64,000 nucleotides of DNA. Origin: Prochlorococcus sp. AG-424-P18 (lineage in GTDB: Bacteria; Cyanobacteriota; Cyanobacteriia; PCC-6307; Cyanobiaceae). A program made the translations under genes and the position numbers. The notes under the pieces are model-generated. The model was not told where the DNA came from. It did not search any database and saw only the letters and a program-made list of their open reading frames with translations. Numbering within the stretch: position 1 is the first letter of the stretch; every line of letters begins with the position of its first letter. Location of the stretch: positions 6,297 to 70,296 of the forward strand of contig QCNJ01000005.1 of NCBI GenBank assembly GCA_003213235.1, written 5' to 3'. This document shows positions 49,981 to 58,472 of the stretch, piece by piece.

Positions 49981-50056
49981 TAAAAAGTACTCAAACTTTG
50001 CAGCCGAGTACTTTTAAAGTTATCAGAAAAAAGTGTGTGAGGAGTTTCTGATGTGT
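49981..50056 (-). ncRNA. Yfr10-like sRNA carrying the Yfr1 motif ACUCCUCACAC
   Basis: Minus strand ATCAGAAA-CTCCTCACACACT...TTTCTGAT hairpin (motif at 50035-50045), then terminator AAAAGTACTC...GAGTACTTTTT. Confidence 0.8.
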
Positions 50057-50533
50057 TTAATTTACTCCGTAGGTAATTTAAAAGGCTACAGTATAAATTA
50101 CTAATTATTTAAATATTTCAGAAAAATTAGACGTTAATGAAAAAAATAATCAAAAACATAAAAAATTCATGAAAATCATTTACAAAAAAATCATCTTTAT
50201 TATTTCGGCAATTGCTCTTTTTTCAGTAATAGTCGGTGTTGTCAAATATTCGCTTACTTATATTGAAAATAATCCTGAAAAATACTTACCTACACAAAAG
50301 TAAAACAAAAATTAAGTATAAATTCACTTCAAAAAATCTATAAAGTGTCTTAAATATGTCTTACATAAACAGCTTGAGTCATGAAAATCAAAAATACTTC
50401 AGTTCTAAATCAGAATAATATTCATTTAAATCAATTCAAAAATAAGCATAAATATCAAATACTTGAGAATTACTGGAAAAAAAGAAAGAAAGAATGTGAA
50501 AAAAATCTTTCAAAATTTTGCTAACCGATAATT

Positions 50534-50782
50534 ATGAATTTTATTTTTTCTTTTTTATTGGCATCTGTGATGTGGGTACAAGTTCCACAGTGGGAAGCTG
50601 ACTGGTCAAAATGTGCTGTAGATGTTCCCGATTCATCATGTCACTGGTACGTAGCTGCTCCCGATAATACTTTTGGGGAAGGATTTAATTGGGAAAACGC
50701 TCCTTGGTTTGATGCTAATGGATTGCAGGATGTAGCTAAAATTGAGAAAGAATCTGTAGTAGAAAAACTTCAAAATAACTAA
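50534..50782 (+). CDS. Conserved Trp-rich secreted hypothetical protein
   Basis: WVQVPQW..DWSKCAVDVPD..CHWYV.APDNTFGEGF.WE.APWFD. Confidence 0.8.
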   Translation: MNFIFSFLLASVMWVQVPQWEADWSKCAVDVPDSSCHWYVAAPDNTFGEGFNWENAPWFDANGLQDVAKIEKESVVEKLQNN

Positions 50783-50865
50783 AGTTTCTATTTCATCAAT
50801 TAACTTTTAAAAGTATTTAAATCTAATCGCTTAGTGGTTAACTTTTGATTAATTAAAAAATTTTT

Positions 50866-51012
50866 ATGCGTTTCAAAGTAAGTCTCAAAAAAAATGGAAA
50901 GGAATTTGATGAAGTTGTTATAGTTAATAATAAAAAAGAGGCTATGGAAGTAGCTTTAAAAAACAATCCAGAAGCTCAAGCATTAAACTATGATTGGACA
51001 TTTAAGATTTAA
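50866..51012 (+). CDS. Small hypothetical protein, 48 aa (not in ORF track)
   Basis: MRFKVSLKKNGKEFDEVVIVNNKKEAMEVALKNNPEAQALNYDWTFKI. Confidence 0.6.
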   Translation: MRFKVSLKKNGKEFDEVVIVNNKKEAMEVALKNNPEAQALNYDWTFKI

Positions 51013-51798
51013 TTATTTACGAAGTTTAGGAATCAAAAGAGATGCGACACAAATAACACTAATTGCAGGTCCAGGCGACAAATTAAAGACTATAGAGAGA
51101 ATAAAGCCCAAAAGTGAGATACATAATCCAAAAAATGAAGACCTCATCATTGCAATTCTTAAACTATGAGCCTTATTAAGCCCTAAAAGTGTTGGGGTAG
51201 AAAGAAGAGCAATAACAAGAATTACTCCCACTGCTGACATTGAACTAACAATTACTAATGCCGTTGTAAAACTCAAAGCAAGATTTAATAAAGAAACGTT
51301 TATACCACTCGCGGATGCACCTTCTGGATCTAATCCAACATAAACAACCTTTTCATATCCAAAAGTCATTAAAAGTATAAATACTAAAAAAGCAATTATT
51401 GTTCTAAGTAAATCTCCAAAATTTGCAGTCAATAAATCGCCAAATAATACTGCCTCCAAATCAATCCTTATTCCGAGTAAAGGGATTATAAGGACCCCAA
51501 ATCCAAGCATTCCAGCGAGAATAGTATTCATAACTGCTTCATAATTTTCACTTTTTCTATTAGTTAAACTTTCCGCAATTACTGAGCCCAGAAGACCACT
51601 TATAACACCACCAATTGAGGGGTGAATTCCAAGCGCTAATGCGAGAGCAAGTCCAGGCAACACACAATGAGAGATTAAATTAACTTGTAATAATCTCTTA
51701 TGAGTGATTAATACAGTTCCCATAGCTGGGCATAAAATCCCGGAGAATATAGTTATTATTAATGGAACCAGCCACCAGTTGTTATTTATAAAAGACAT
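51013..51798 (-). CDS. znuB: Zn/Mn ABC transporter permease
   Basis: ISHCVLPG, LFGDLL, VGVILVIALL..P; ABC-3 family; Zn specificity inferred from context. Confidence 0.85.
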   Translation of the reverse strand: MSFINNNWWLVPLIITIFSGILCPAMGTVLITHKRLLQVNLISHCVLPGLALALALGIHPSIGGVISGLLGSVIAESLTNRKSENYEAVMNTILAGMLGFGVLIIPLLGIRIDLEAVLFGDLLTANFGDLLRTIIAFLVFILLMTFGYEKVVYVGLDPEGASASGINVSLLNLALSFTTALVIVSSMSAVGVILVIALLSTPTLLGLNKAHSLRIAMMRSSFFGLCISLLGFILSIVFNLSPGPAISVICVASLLIPKLRK

Positions 51799-51815
51799 TA
51801 TTCGAATGATTCGGT

Positions 51816-52250
51816 ATGATCAGAAATACGGGACAAAAAAAGATTTCGGAAACAATGGTAACTAAGTCTGACATTACCAAAAGACAAGAACAACTTCTTG
51901 AAGAACTTAATAAATGTGAGGATGAATTGACTGGTCAAGAGTTGCATAGACAATTGATAGAAAGCGGAAAGGCTATGGGACTGACGACTGTTTACAGGAA
52001 CCTTCAAGTTCTGATAAAGCATGGCTTAATACGTTCTAGACATCTCCCAACTGGAGAGGTTCTGTACACTCCAGTAGACAGAGATATTCATCATTTGACC
52101 TGTGTTCAATGTGGTGAGACATCAAAAATGGAAGGATGCCCGGTAAAAGATATTCATACACCCAAAACAAATCTAAAGAAATTCCAATTGTTGTTTCATA
52201 CCCTCGAGTATTTCGGGCTTTGCCAAAACTGTTATCAAGCTCAGAATTAA
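51816..52250 (+). CDS. zur: Fur-family regulator, zinc uptake regulator
   Basis: GLTTVYRNL, HHLTCVQCG...CP...CQNC; embedded in the znu cluster with a Zur box; alternative start 51855. Confidence 0.85.
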   Translation: MIRNTGQKKISETMVTKSDITKRQEQLLEELNKCEDELTGQELHRQLIESGKAMGLTTVYRNLQVLIKHGLIRSRHLPTGEVLYTPVDRDIHHLTCVQCGETSKMEGCPVKDIHTPKTNLKKFQLLFHTLEYFGLCQNCYQAQN

Positions 52251-52263
52251 AAAGGAACATTCT

Positions 52264-53034
52264 CTAATCACAGAAATTATTTTCGTTTATAGAGCTAATG
52301 TTTATTGCCTCTAATTTATCTTGTATTTGGTCAGGACTACCAACTGCCAAAACACTTTTATCAAGAACGATTACTTGATCATAGTTATTTAAAGAATCGC
52401 CCCAATCATGGCTACTTACGAGCAAAGAAAGTCCGGCATCGGCAAGTTGACGAACAATTTTAAGAAAATCCTCCTTTGCAGGTGGGTCCAAAGCTGCACA
52501 AGGTTCATCTAAAAGAAATATTTTTGCCGGGGACATAAGAGTTTTTGCTAATAGAGCTCTTTGCTGCTGTCCTCCTGAAAGAGAATCGAGTCTTCTATTC
52601 GCCAAACTTGCAATGCCTACTCTCTGCATTGTCGCCTCTAATTCACAACATTTATTAATCCAAGAATTAGGATATGCTAGAAGTGTCTTAATTTGAAATG
52701 GGTTATTACTTCTTGATTTTGAATACTTTATTTGACCAAGAGATACCAACTTTTCAACTGTAATGGGGAACTTCCAATTCATAGAACTTCTTTGAGGCAT
52801 AAGTGCCACAAGAGCTCTAGATCTATATAAATTTTCACCATCAATTTTTATTTCGCCTTTATCTGGAGTATTTTGTCCTTGCAAAATTCTCAAAAGAGTT
52901 GATTTACCTGCGCCATTTGGGCCAACTAACGCTGTTAGAGTTCCAGGTTTAATCTCAACCGATACCTTATTCAAAACTGGCTTACTTTTTTTTGCGTATG
53001 CAAAGGTTAAATTTTCAGCGACTAAAGTAGCCAT
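52264..53034 (-). CDS. znuC: Zn/Mn ABC transporter ATP-binding subunit
   Basis: GPNGAGKST, FPITV, LSGGQQQR, LLDEP, SSHD. Confidence 0.87.
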   Translation of the reverse strand: MATLVAENLTFAYAKKSKPVLNKVSVEIKPGTLTALVGPNGAGKSTLLRILQGQNTPDKGEIKIDGENLYRSRALVALMPQRSSMNWKFPITVEKLVSLGQIKYSKSRSNNPFQIKTLLAYPNSWINKCCELEATMQRVGIASLANRRLDSLSGGQQQRALLAKTLMSPAKIFLLDEPCAALDPPAKEDFLKIVRQLADAGLSLLVSSHDWGDSLNNYDQVIVLDKSVLAVGSPDQIQDKLEAINISSINENNFCD

Positions 53035-53130
53035 TAATTAATCTTTTAAAAAAGTCACTTTACAAGCTTACCAATAATACAAGTTGCGTATTATTTTCAT
53101 AACATTTGATACCTTCACTTGTCAGAGGTA

Positions 53131-53153
53131 ATGAAAATGATTATCATTTTTAA
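53131..53153. promoter_or_regulatory. Zur box in the divergent znuC/znuA intergenic region
   Basis: ATGAAAATGATTATCATTTTTAA, palindromic core AAAATGAT-T-ATCATTTT matching the cyanobacterial Zur consensus. Confidence 0.85.
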
Positions 53154-53170
53154 GTATTTAATTATTTTTC

Positions 53171-54685
53171 ATGTCAATTTTTAAAAGACTTTTAACAAAT
53201 AAAAAAGGTTCGAGTAAGTCAATTATTAAAAATTCCGTAATCGCAGGTACAATTATATTTTCTGGTTTTGGGCAGGATGTTATGGCTAAAGGAAAGTCAT
53301 ATGTAGCAGTAGAGCCACTAGTTTGTGATTTAGTTAAATCAATTGCATTACCATCTGACGAAGTTACATGCTTAGTAGATAGAAAACAAGATGTTCATGA
53401 CTTAAAGATCAATCCAAGGCAAGCTCAATTACTAAATAGCGCAGATAAAGTATTTACTCTTGGTAAAGAAATGACTCCAAGTATGAGAAATTGGGAAAAT
53501 AAAAAGAATACTGTTGTTATAGGTGTTAGTGCAATAGACGTAGATGATCATTCTGATCATGGAGGTCATGATGATCACTCAGACCATGGTGGACATGACG
53601 ATCATTCTGAACATTCAGCTAAAGTAGATGATCATTCTGATCATGGAGGACATGATGATCATGCTGAAGGTGCTTTCGAATGGGCAGGCAAATTTCAACT
53701 TTCTAAGGGTTCTTACAAATGGTCATTTGAAAAAGTCGATGGAGAATATGCAGATCCTGCAATGAAGATGGTGATTCTCAAATCTAATGACATAGAAGGG
53801 TCTGAAGATTTAGCTAAAGAATTATTAGGATCTAAAGACTCAATAAGCAGAAAAAATGATGGTACGTTGATAGCAAGTAATAAAGCTTTTGTTCTTAACT
53901 TTGATCAAAGAAAAGAAAGTACTGTTTTTAACGTGGATATCAAAGAAGATGGTCAATATATTTTTTTTACTGAACACATGCCTTTTGAGTTTGAAGCAAC
54001 TCAACACTTTTTTAAAGACGTTTCAAATAGTGATGTAGAACCAATAGCACAAGTTCCAGACGAAGGTGAGGGGCATCATCATCATGACCATGGAGGTCTA
54101 GATCCACATGTATGGCATGATCCACATAACATCATAAAAATGGGAGATCTTATAAGCAAAAGTTTAAAGAAAGATATTTCAGTTTTTAATAGAGGTGACA
54201 GAAAACTAATTAATGAAAGATTCGAAAAAGCTGATTCTCTCTTAGAAGGCTTAGATAGTTGGATCGTCGAACAAGTAAGTTCTATTCCTGAGGAAAACAG
54301 AGTAATTGTCTCTAAACACAAAGCGATGGAATACTACGGGGATGCATTTGGTTTTGAAACCATTAGTTTACTTGACTTTCTTGGAGACTCCTCAAGCTTA
54401 AGGCCAGACAACATAAGTTCTACTTTAAAAATTTTAGATGAAGAGAAAGTTCAGGCATTATTTCCTGAACAAATTCCAGCATCTAAGTTATTAAGGAACT
54501 TAAGTAGACAAAGTTCAGTTCCTTTAGCTTCTAATCAAATATTCGTTGATGGATTAATGATGGATGGTAATACGGTTTCAGTAGCTGTTCACAATACTTG
54601 TACAATTGTTGATTCATTAGGTGGAAGCTGTGATAAAGAATCTGGCTCCAATCTTGAGTCTGAATGGTACAAACTTTCAGATTAA
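53171..54685 (+). CDS. znuA: Zn ABC transporter substrate-binding protein with His-rich loops and an inserted domain
   Basis: Cluster A-I motifs DVHD, DPHVWHDP, KHKAMEYY; His/Asp repeats; 504 aa versus about 300 typical. Confidence 0.88.
   Translation: MSIFKRLLTNKKGSSKSIIKNSVIAGTIIFSGFGQDVMAKGKSYVAVEPLVCDLVKSIALPSDEVTCLVDRKQDVHDLKINPRQAQLLNSADKVFTLGKEMTPSMRNWENKKNTVVIGVSAIDVDDHSDHGGHDDHSDHGGHDDHSEHSAKVDDHSDHGGHDDHAEGAFEWAGKFQLSKGSYKWSFEKVDGEYADPAMKMVILKSNDIEGSEDLAKELLGSKDSISRKNDGTLIASNKAFVLNFDQRKESTVFNVDIKEDGQYIFFTEHMPFEFEATQHFFKDVSNSDVEPIAQVPDEGEGHHHHDHGGLDPHVWHDPHNIIKMGDLISKSLKKDISVFNRGDRKLINERFEKADSLLEGLDSWIVEQVSSIPEENRVIVSKHKAMEYYGDAFGFETISLLDFLGDSSSLRPDNISSTLKILDEEKVQALFPEQIPASKLLRNLSRQSSVPLASNQIFVDGLMMDGNTVSVAVHNTCTIVDSLGGSCDKESGSNLESEWYKLSD
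53543..53668 (+). repeat. His/Asp-rich DDHSDHGGH repeats in ZnuA
   Basis: DDHSDHGGH x2, DDHSEHSAKV, DDHSDHGGH, DDHAE (12 His). Confidence 0.9.
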
Positions 54686-54762
54686 ATTTTTCTAATAAAA
54701 ACGGTTTTCATTTCTTATTATTACTATTATTAAACTATTGTTTATTTAGTAAAAATCAGTAA

Positions 54763-56112
54763 ATGAGCATCAAAGATAAAGTTCCCGTAACCATCCTCAC
54801 TGGATTCTTAGGTTCAGGGAAGACTACTTTGCTTAATAGAATTTTAAGTGAAGAGCACGGGAAAAGAATAGCCGTAATTGAGAATGAATACGGTGAAGTA
54901 GGTATAGATCAAGGTCTCGTAATTAATGCCGATGAAGAAGTATTTGAGATGTCAAACGGGTGCATTTGTTGTACTGTTCGTGGCGATTTAATAAGAGTCC
55001 TTGGCAACCTTATGAAAAGAAGAGATAAGTTTGACTATGTTTTAGTAGAAACTACAGGATTAGCAGATCCAGGCCCAGTTGCTCAGACTTTTTTCATGGA
55101 TGAAGAGATTAGTTCTGAATTTACTCTTGATGGAATTGTGACTTTAGTTGATGCTGCACATATTGATCAACAGCTAGGCAGGAGTGACGAAAGTTCAGAA
55201 CAAGTGGCATTTGCAGATGTTCTTGTCCTTAATAAAACTGATTTAGTCTCTGATGATGCATTAGATACCCTTGAATCAAGATTGAGAGATATGAATCGAA
55301 TGACTCGCATTATTAGAGCCGAGAATGCCAAAGTACCAATTGAAACAGTCTTAAATCTAAGTGCATTTGATCTCGATCAGATCCTTAAACGCAGACCAAC
55401 ATTTCTTGAACCAGAATATCCTTTTGAATGGACGGGTGTTTATGATCTAGATCCAGGTAAATATGAATTAATTCTAGAAGAAGGACCCGATCCAGAAATG
55501 TCCCTAGTAGCTCTCGTTAACCAAGGTGAGAGTGAGGAAGAACTTAAAGATGGTGCTGAATCCTCCGTAAGACTTTATGCAGAAAATGCTAATACTTTGG
55601 AGCCTGGAAATACTGTCCCATATGGAGAACATGTAAATCTAAAATTGGAGAATAAAGGAAATAAATCCTTCATCCTTAACATAGAAAAGCCATCAAAAAT
55701 AGGTTTGTTTACACAGCACACTGCTGAAGAATTTAATATGAAAGTCATTAAAAGTGACGAAAATAAAGAGATTCCATTTAATACTGAAAGGTTCTGGCAA
55801 GCAGAGCATGAACATGATGATGAAGTAGGCTCAATTGCTATAGAGCGTTTTGGAGATGTTGACCCAGAAAAACTAAATACTTGGATGGGAAGGCTTCTCT
55901 CAGAAAAAGGGGTGGATATATTTAGAACTAAAGGTTTCATAAGTTACTCAGGCAACCCAAGGCGAATAGTTTTCCAGGGGGTACACATGTTATTTACCGC
56001 ACAACCTGACAAAGAATGGGGTAACGAACCTCGTAGAAATCAACTTGTTTTTATCGGTAGAAATTTAAATGAGAAAGAGATGCAAGAAGGCTTTGATAAA
56101 TGCCTGATATAG
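54763..56112 (+). CDS. COG0523/CobW-family Zn metallochaperone GTPase with inserted domain
   Basis: GFLGSGKTT, ENEYGEVGID, GCICCTVR, ETTGLADP, NKTD, CobW_C (RTKG...QGVH...LVFIG). Confidence 0.92.
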   Translation: MSIKDKVPVTILTGFLGSGKTTLLNRILSEEHGKRIAVIENEYGEVGIDQGLVINADEEVFEMSNGCICCTVRGDLIRVLGNLMKRRDKFDYVLVETTGLADPGPVAQTFFMDEEISSEFTLDGIVTLVDAAHIDQQLGRSDESSEQVAFADVLVLNKTDLVSDDALDTLESRLRDMNRMTRIIRAENAKVPIETVLNLSAFDLDQILKRRPTFLEPEYPFEWTGVYDLDPGKYELILEEGPDPEMSLVALVNQGESEEELKDGAESSVRLYAENANTLEPGNTVPYGEHVNLKLENKGNKSFILNIEKPSKIGLFTQHTAEEFNMKVIKSDENKEIPFNTERFWQAEHEHDDEVGSIAIERFGDVDPEKLNTWMGRLLSEKGVDIFRTKGFISYSGNPRRIVFQGVHMLFTAQPDKEWGNEPRRNQLVFIGRNLNEKEMQEGFDKCLI

Positions 56113-57173
56113 AACCATTTAGCCCAAGAGGCATGTTCCATGAAGGATGGACTGCTGAAGTTAGCGATTATGCCATAGCATGTGGCTGGGCTCTTAAAGG
56201 GAAACAATTTATTGTTGGCGACGTTGCGGGTGGTATTTTTGCATTCGAAGGAGATACTGGAAAAATTATCTGGAAAAAAGAAAATACACACTCTGGTGGT
56301 CTACTAGCAATGGCAATTCATCCAGAGGGTGAAATTTTTGCAACATCAGGTCAGGATGGGAATGTTCAAATTTGTAATTGCCAGGAAGGTAAAGTTATTA
56401 AAACACTTAATCTTGGTAAGGGTTGGGTAGAACACCTCAAGTGGTCTAATGATGGTTTATTTCTAGCGATAGCTACCTCAAAAAAAGTATATGTTTTTAA
56501 TGAAATTGGTGAAGAGAAATGGATCTCAGAAGACCATCCAAGCACAGTAAGTGCAATAACATGGTCAAATAAAAATGAGCTAGCAACTGCTTGCTACGGC
56601 AGAGTGACATTCTTTGACATAGTTAATAATAAAACGAATCAAAAACTCGAATGGCAAGGATCATTGGTATCTATGGAATTAAGCCCTGATGGAGATATAG
56701 TCGCCTGTGGGAGTCAAGACAATTCAGTTCATTTTTGGAGAAGATCAACAGGAATGGATGCTGAAATGACTGGATACCCTGGTAAACCAAGTCATCTTTC
56801 TTTTGATGACAGCGGAAAATTATTAGCAACTAGTGGCAGTGAAAGAATTACAGTTTGGAGCTTTATAGGAAATGGTCCAGAAGGGACTATGCCAGGAGAG
56901 CTATGTCACCATACAGAACCCATTTCGAGCCTAGCCTTTTCAAATAAAGGTATGCTTGTAGCCTCAGGATCTAGGGATGGTTCTGTTGTCGCAAGTTTCC
57001 TCAAAAATGACGGCAATGGGGATCCCGTTGGAGCTGCATTCGCAGGAGATTTAGTAGGGGCAATATCTTGGAGACCTGATGATTGCGCACTTGCAGCAGT
57101 CAATGCAAAAGGTGTTGTAAATGTATGGAAATTTAAAGTTCGTACTAACCTTTTTTCAAAGGGATTTAAGTAA
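56100..57173 (+). CDS. WD40 repeat protein
   Basis: Repeated H...SPDG/SG..D..V..W units; overlaps the COG0523 stop. Confidence 0.88.
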   Translation: MPDIEPFSPRGMFHEGWTAEVSDYAIACGWALKGKQFIVGDVAGGIFAFEGDTGKIIWKKENTHSGGLLAMAIHPEGEIFATSGQDGNVQICNCQEGKVIKTLNLGKGWVEHLKWSNDGLFLAIATSKKVYVFNEIGEEKWISEDHPSTVSAITWSNKNELATACYGRVTFFDIVNNKTNQKLEWQGSLVSMELSPDGDIVACGSQDNSVHFWRRSTGMDAEMTGYPGKPSHLSFDDSGKLLATSGSERITVWSFIGNGPEGTMPGELCHHTEPISSLAFSNKGMLVASGSRDGSVVASFLKNDGNGDPVGAAFAGDLVGAISWRPDDCALAAVNAKGVVNVWKFKVRTNLFSKGFK

Positions 57174-57191
57174 AAAGTAGAAATTTATTAA

Positions 57192-57347
57192 TTACCAATA
57201 GTTAGCTTTTAAATGTCTTTCCATACAAATGACCTCACAGTCATTATCTATCCCTTTTGGGTGAATATCACAATATGAGAGACATTGAAAATATTCATCT
57301 ATGGGATTTGATTTATCAGTTTTACTAACTTCTTTCGAATGATTCAT
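57192..57347 (-). CDS. Small four-Cys protein, 51 aa (not in ORF track)
   Basis: MNHSKEVSKTDKSNPIDEYFQCLSYCDIHPKGIDNDCEVICMERHLKANYW; GAGG 8 nt upstream. Confidence 0.7.
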   Translation of the reverse strand: MNHSKEVSKTDKSNPIDEYFQCLSYCDIHPKGIDNDCEVICMERHLKANYW

Positions 57348-57439
57348 AAAAGATTTCCTCAATTATTTAAAATTAAGATAGACGAATTAAATATCAAAAG
57401 AAATAAGCAAAACTTACTAAAAATATCTCAAAAAAATTA

Positions 57440-57453
57440 GTACGATTGATTAC
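57440..57453. promoter_or_regulatory. Putative NtcA box
   Basis: GTA-CGATTGAT-TAC; on the minus strand followed after 23 nt by TAAGTT (TAN3T). Confidence 0.6.
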
Positions 57454-57534
57454 TACTCTCGGACATTTTTAATTAAAAAGCAATGCGTATAAAAACGGAT
57501 TGTCTTTAGAGAAATATTTTCCTAATTTTATATT

Positions 57535-57849
57535 GTTGAGTTCTAGGAGGTCTTTCAAAATGATCGATAGCCTGCCTGAAATTTCGGAATAAACCGAACT
57601 AATTTAATTAACTGCTCCAATTATTTTTTATTAATGTCTAAGCTTCCTTCTTCTGCATCGTTTAGGTGCCCTTTAAGAAACAAGCTTAATTCTAGAGTTT
57701 TTGCCCCAGTTAAAGACAATTAGTTAATTTTGGTGAGCATTAGCTTAATAGAAGTTAGCAACAAGGATCCATGATTTAGGTGCGTTTTTAACTTCAGTAA
57801 AAAATATAAGTAAGAGATAAAAGAGGGCTTATTTAAGCCCTCTTTTTTT
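57535..57849 (+). ncRNA. Structured ~315-nt RNA with a uORF and a 29-aa sORF (Yfr6/Yfr8-like architecture)
   Basis: TTGTCT-N17-TAATTT promoter, AGGAGG, long-range stems and a strong terminator; ends are inferred. Confidence 0.55.
57819..57849. terminator. Bidirectional intrinsic terminator
   Basis: AAAAGAGGGCTTA-TT-TAAGCCCTCTTTTTTT. Confidence 0.85.
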
Positions 57850-57906
57850 AATAAGATGACTTTCTTTTAATTTTATGGATAATGATTAAAGTAATAAAAT
57901 TTTAAA

Positions 57907-58182
57907 ATGGTTCAATATTATTGCCCATATTGCAATCCTAAATATCAATTTCAAAAACAATCGTCTAATGGTACTTTAATTTGTGGCTTGTGTGGAGAGG
58001 ATCTTATAAAAAAACCATTTATTAGGTTGAAACAGATAATTGCTTTAGTTGCCGCATCATCATTACTTCTACCGTTAATATATACTTTTATTTTTTTAAT
58101 TAAAAATCAAATAAATCCTCCTAATAAAAATTATCAAGCAAATAGTACTTTAATGATAATTATCAAAGAAAAACTTTCATAA
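57907..58182 (+). CDS. Zinc-ribbon membrane protein
   Basis: CPYC...CGLCG plus TM. Confidence 0.7.
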   Translation: MVQYYCPYCNPKYQFQKQSSNGTLICGLCGEDLIKKPFIRLKQIIALVAASSLLLPLIYTFIFLIKNQINPPNKNYQANSTLMIIIKEKLS

Positions 58183-58206
58183 AACAATTTAAAAAATCTA
58201 GAGAGG

Positions 58207-58428
58207 TTAACCCCTACATAGTGATTTATTTAAACAAGAATTTTTACTCTCAATATTTATTCGATCATCAATATTTTTTAATTTGTTTTTATTACTTATT
58301 ACTTTAACTTTTTGGCCGCAATGTTCTTTGCAACCACCATTAAATAAATTATGTGCATATAAACTGGAACTATTCGTAAGTAATAAAAGAAAAATTATTT
58401 TATAAATTTGATTAAAATATGAAATCAT
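58207..58428 (-). CDS. Small secreted Cys/His protein
   Basis: Signal peptide ending LYA, then HNLFNGGCKEHC...CLNKSLC. Confidence 0.6.
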   Translation of the reverse strand: MISYFNQIYKIIFLLLLTNSSSLYAHNLFNGGCKEHCGQKVKVISNKNKLKNIDDRINIESKNSCLNKSLCRG

Positions 58429-58472
58429 TTTTTATTATGATTTTCCTATAATTAGTAAATAAATAATATCAG

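Noticed and set aside
53082-53100. Second Zur box near the znuC start
   Set aside because: Only one half-site (TGAAAAT) matches; the other half is degenerate.
57535-57633. Glutamine (glnA/Downstream-peptide) riboswitch
   Set aside because: I could not find the conserved riboswitch core by eye; an Infernal search would be needed.
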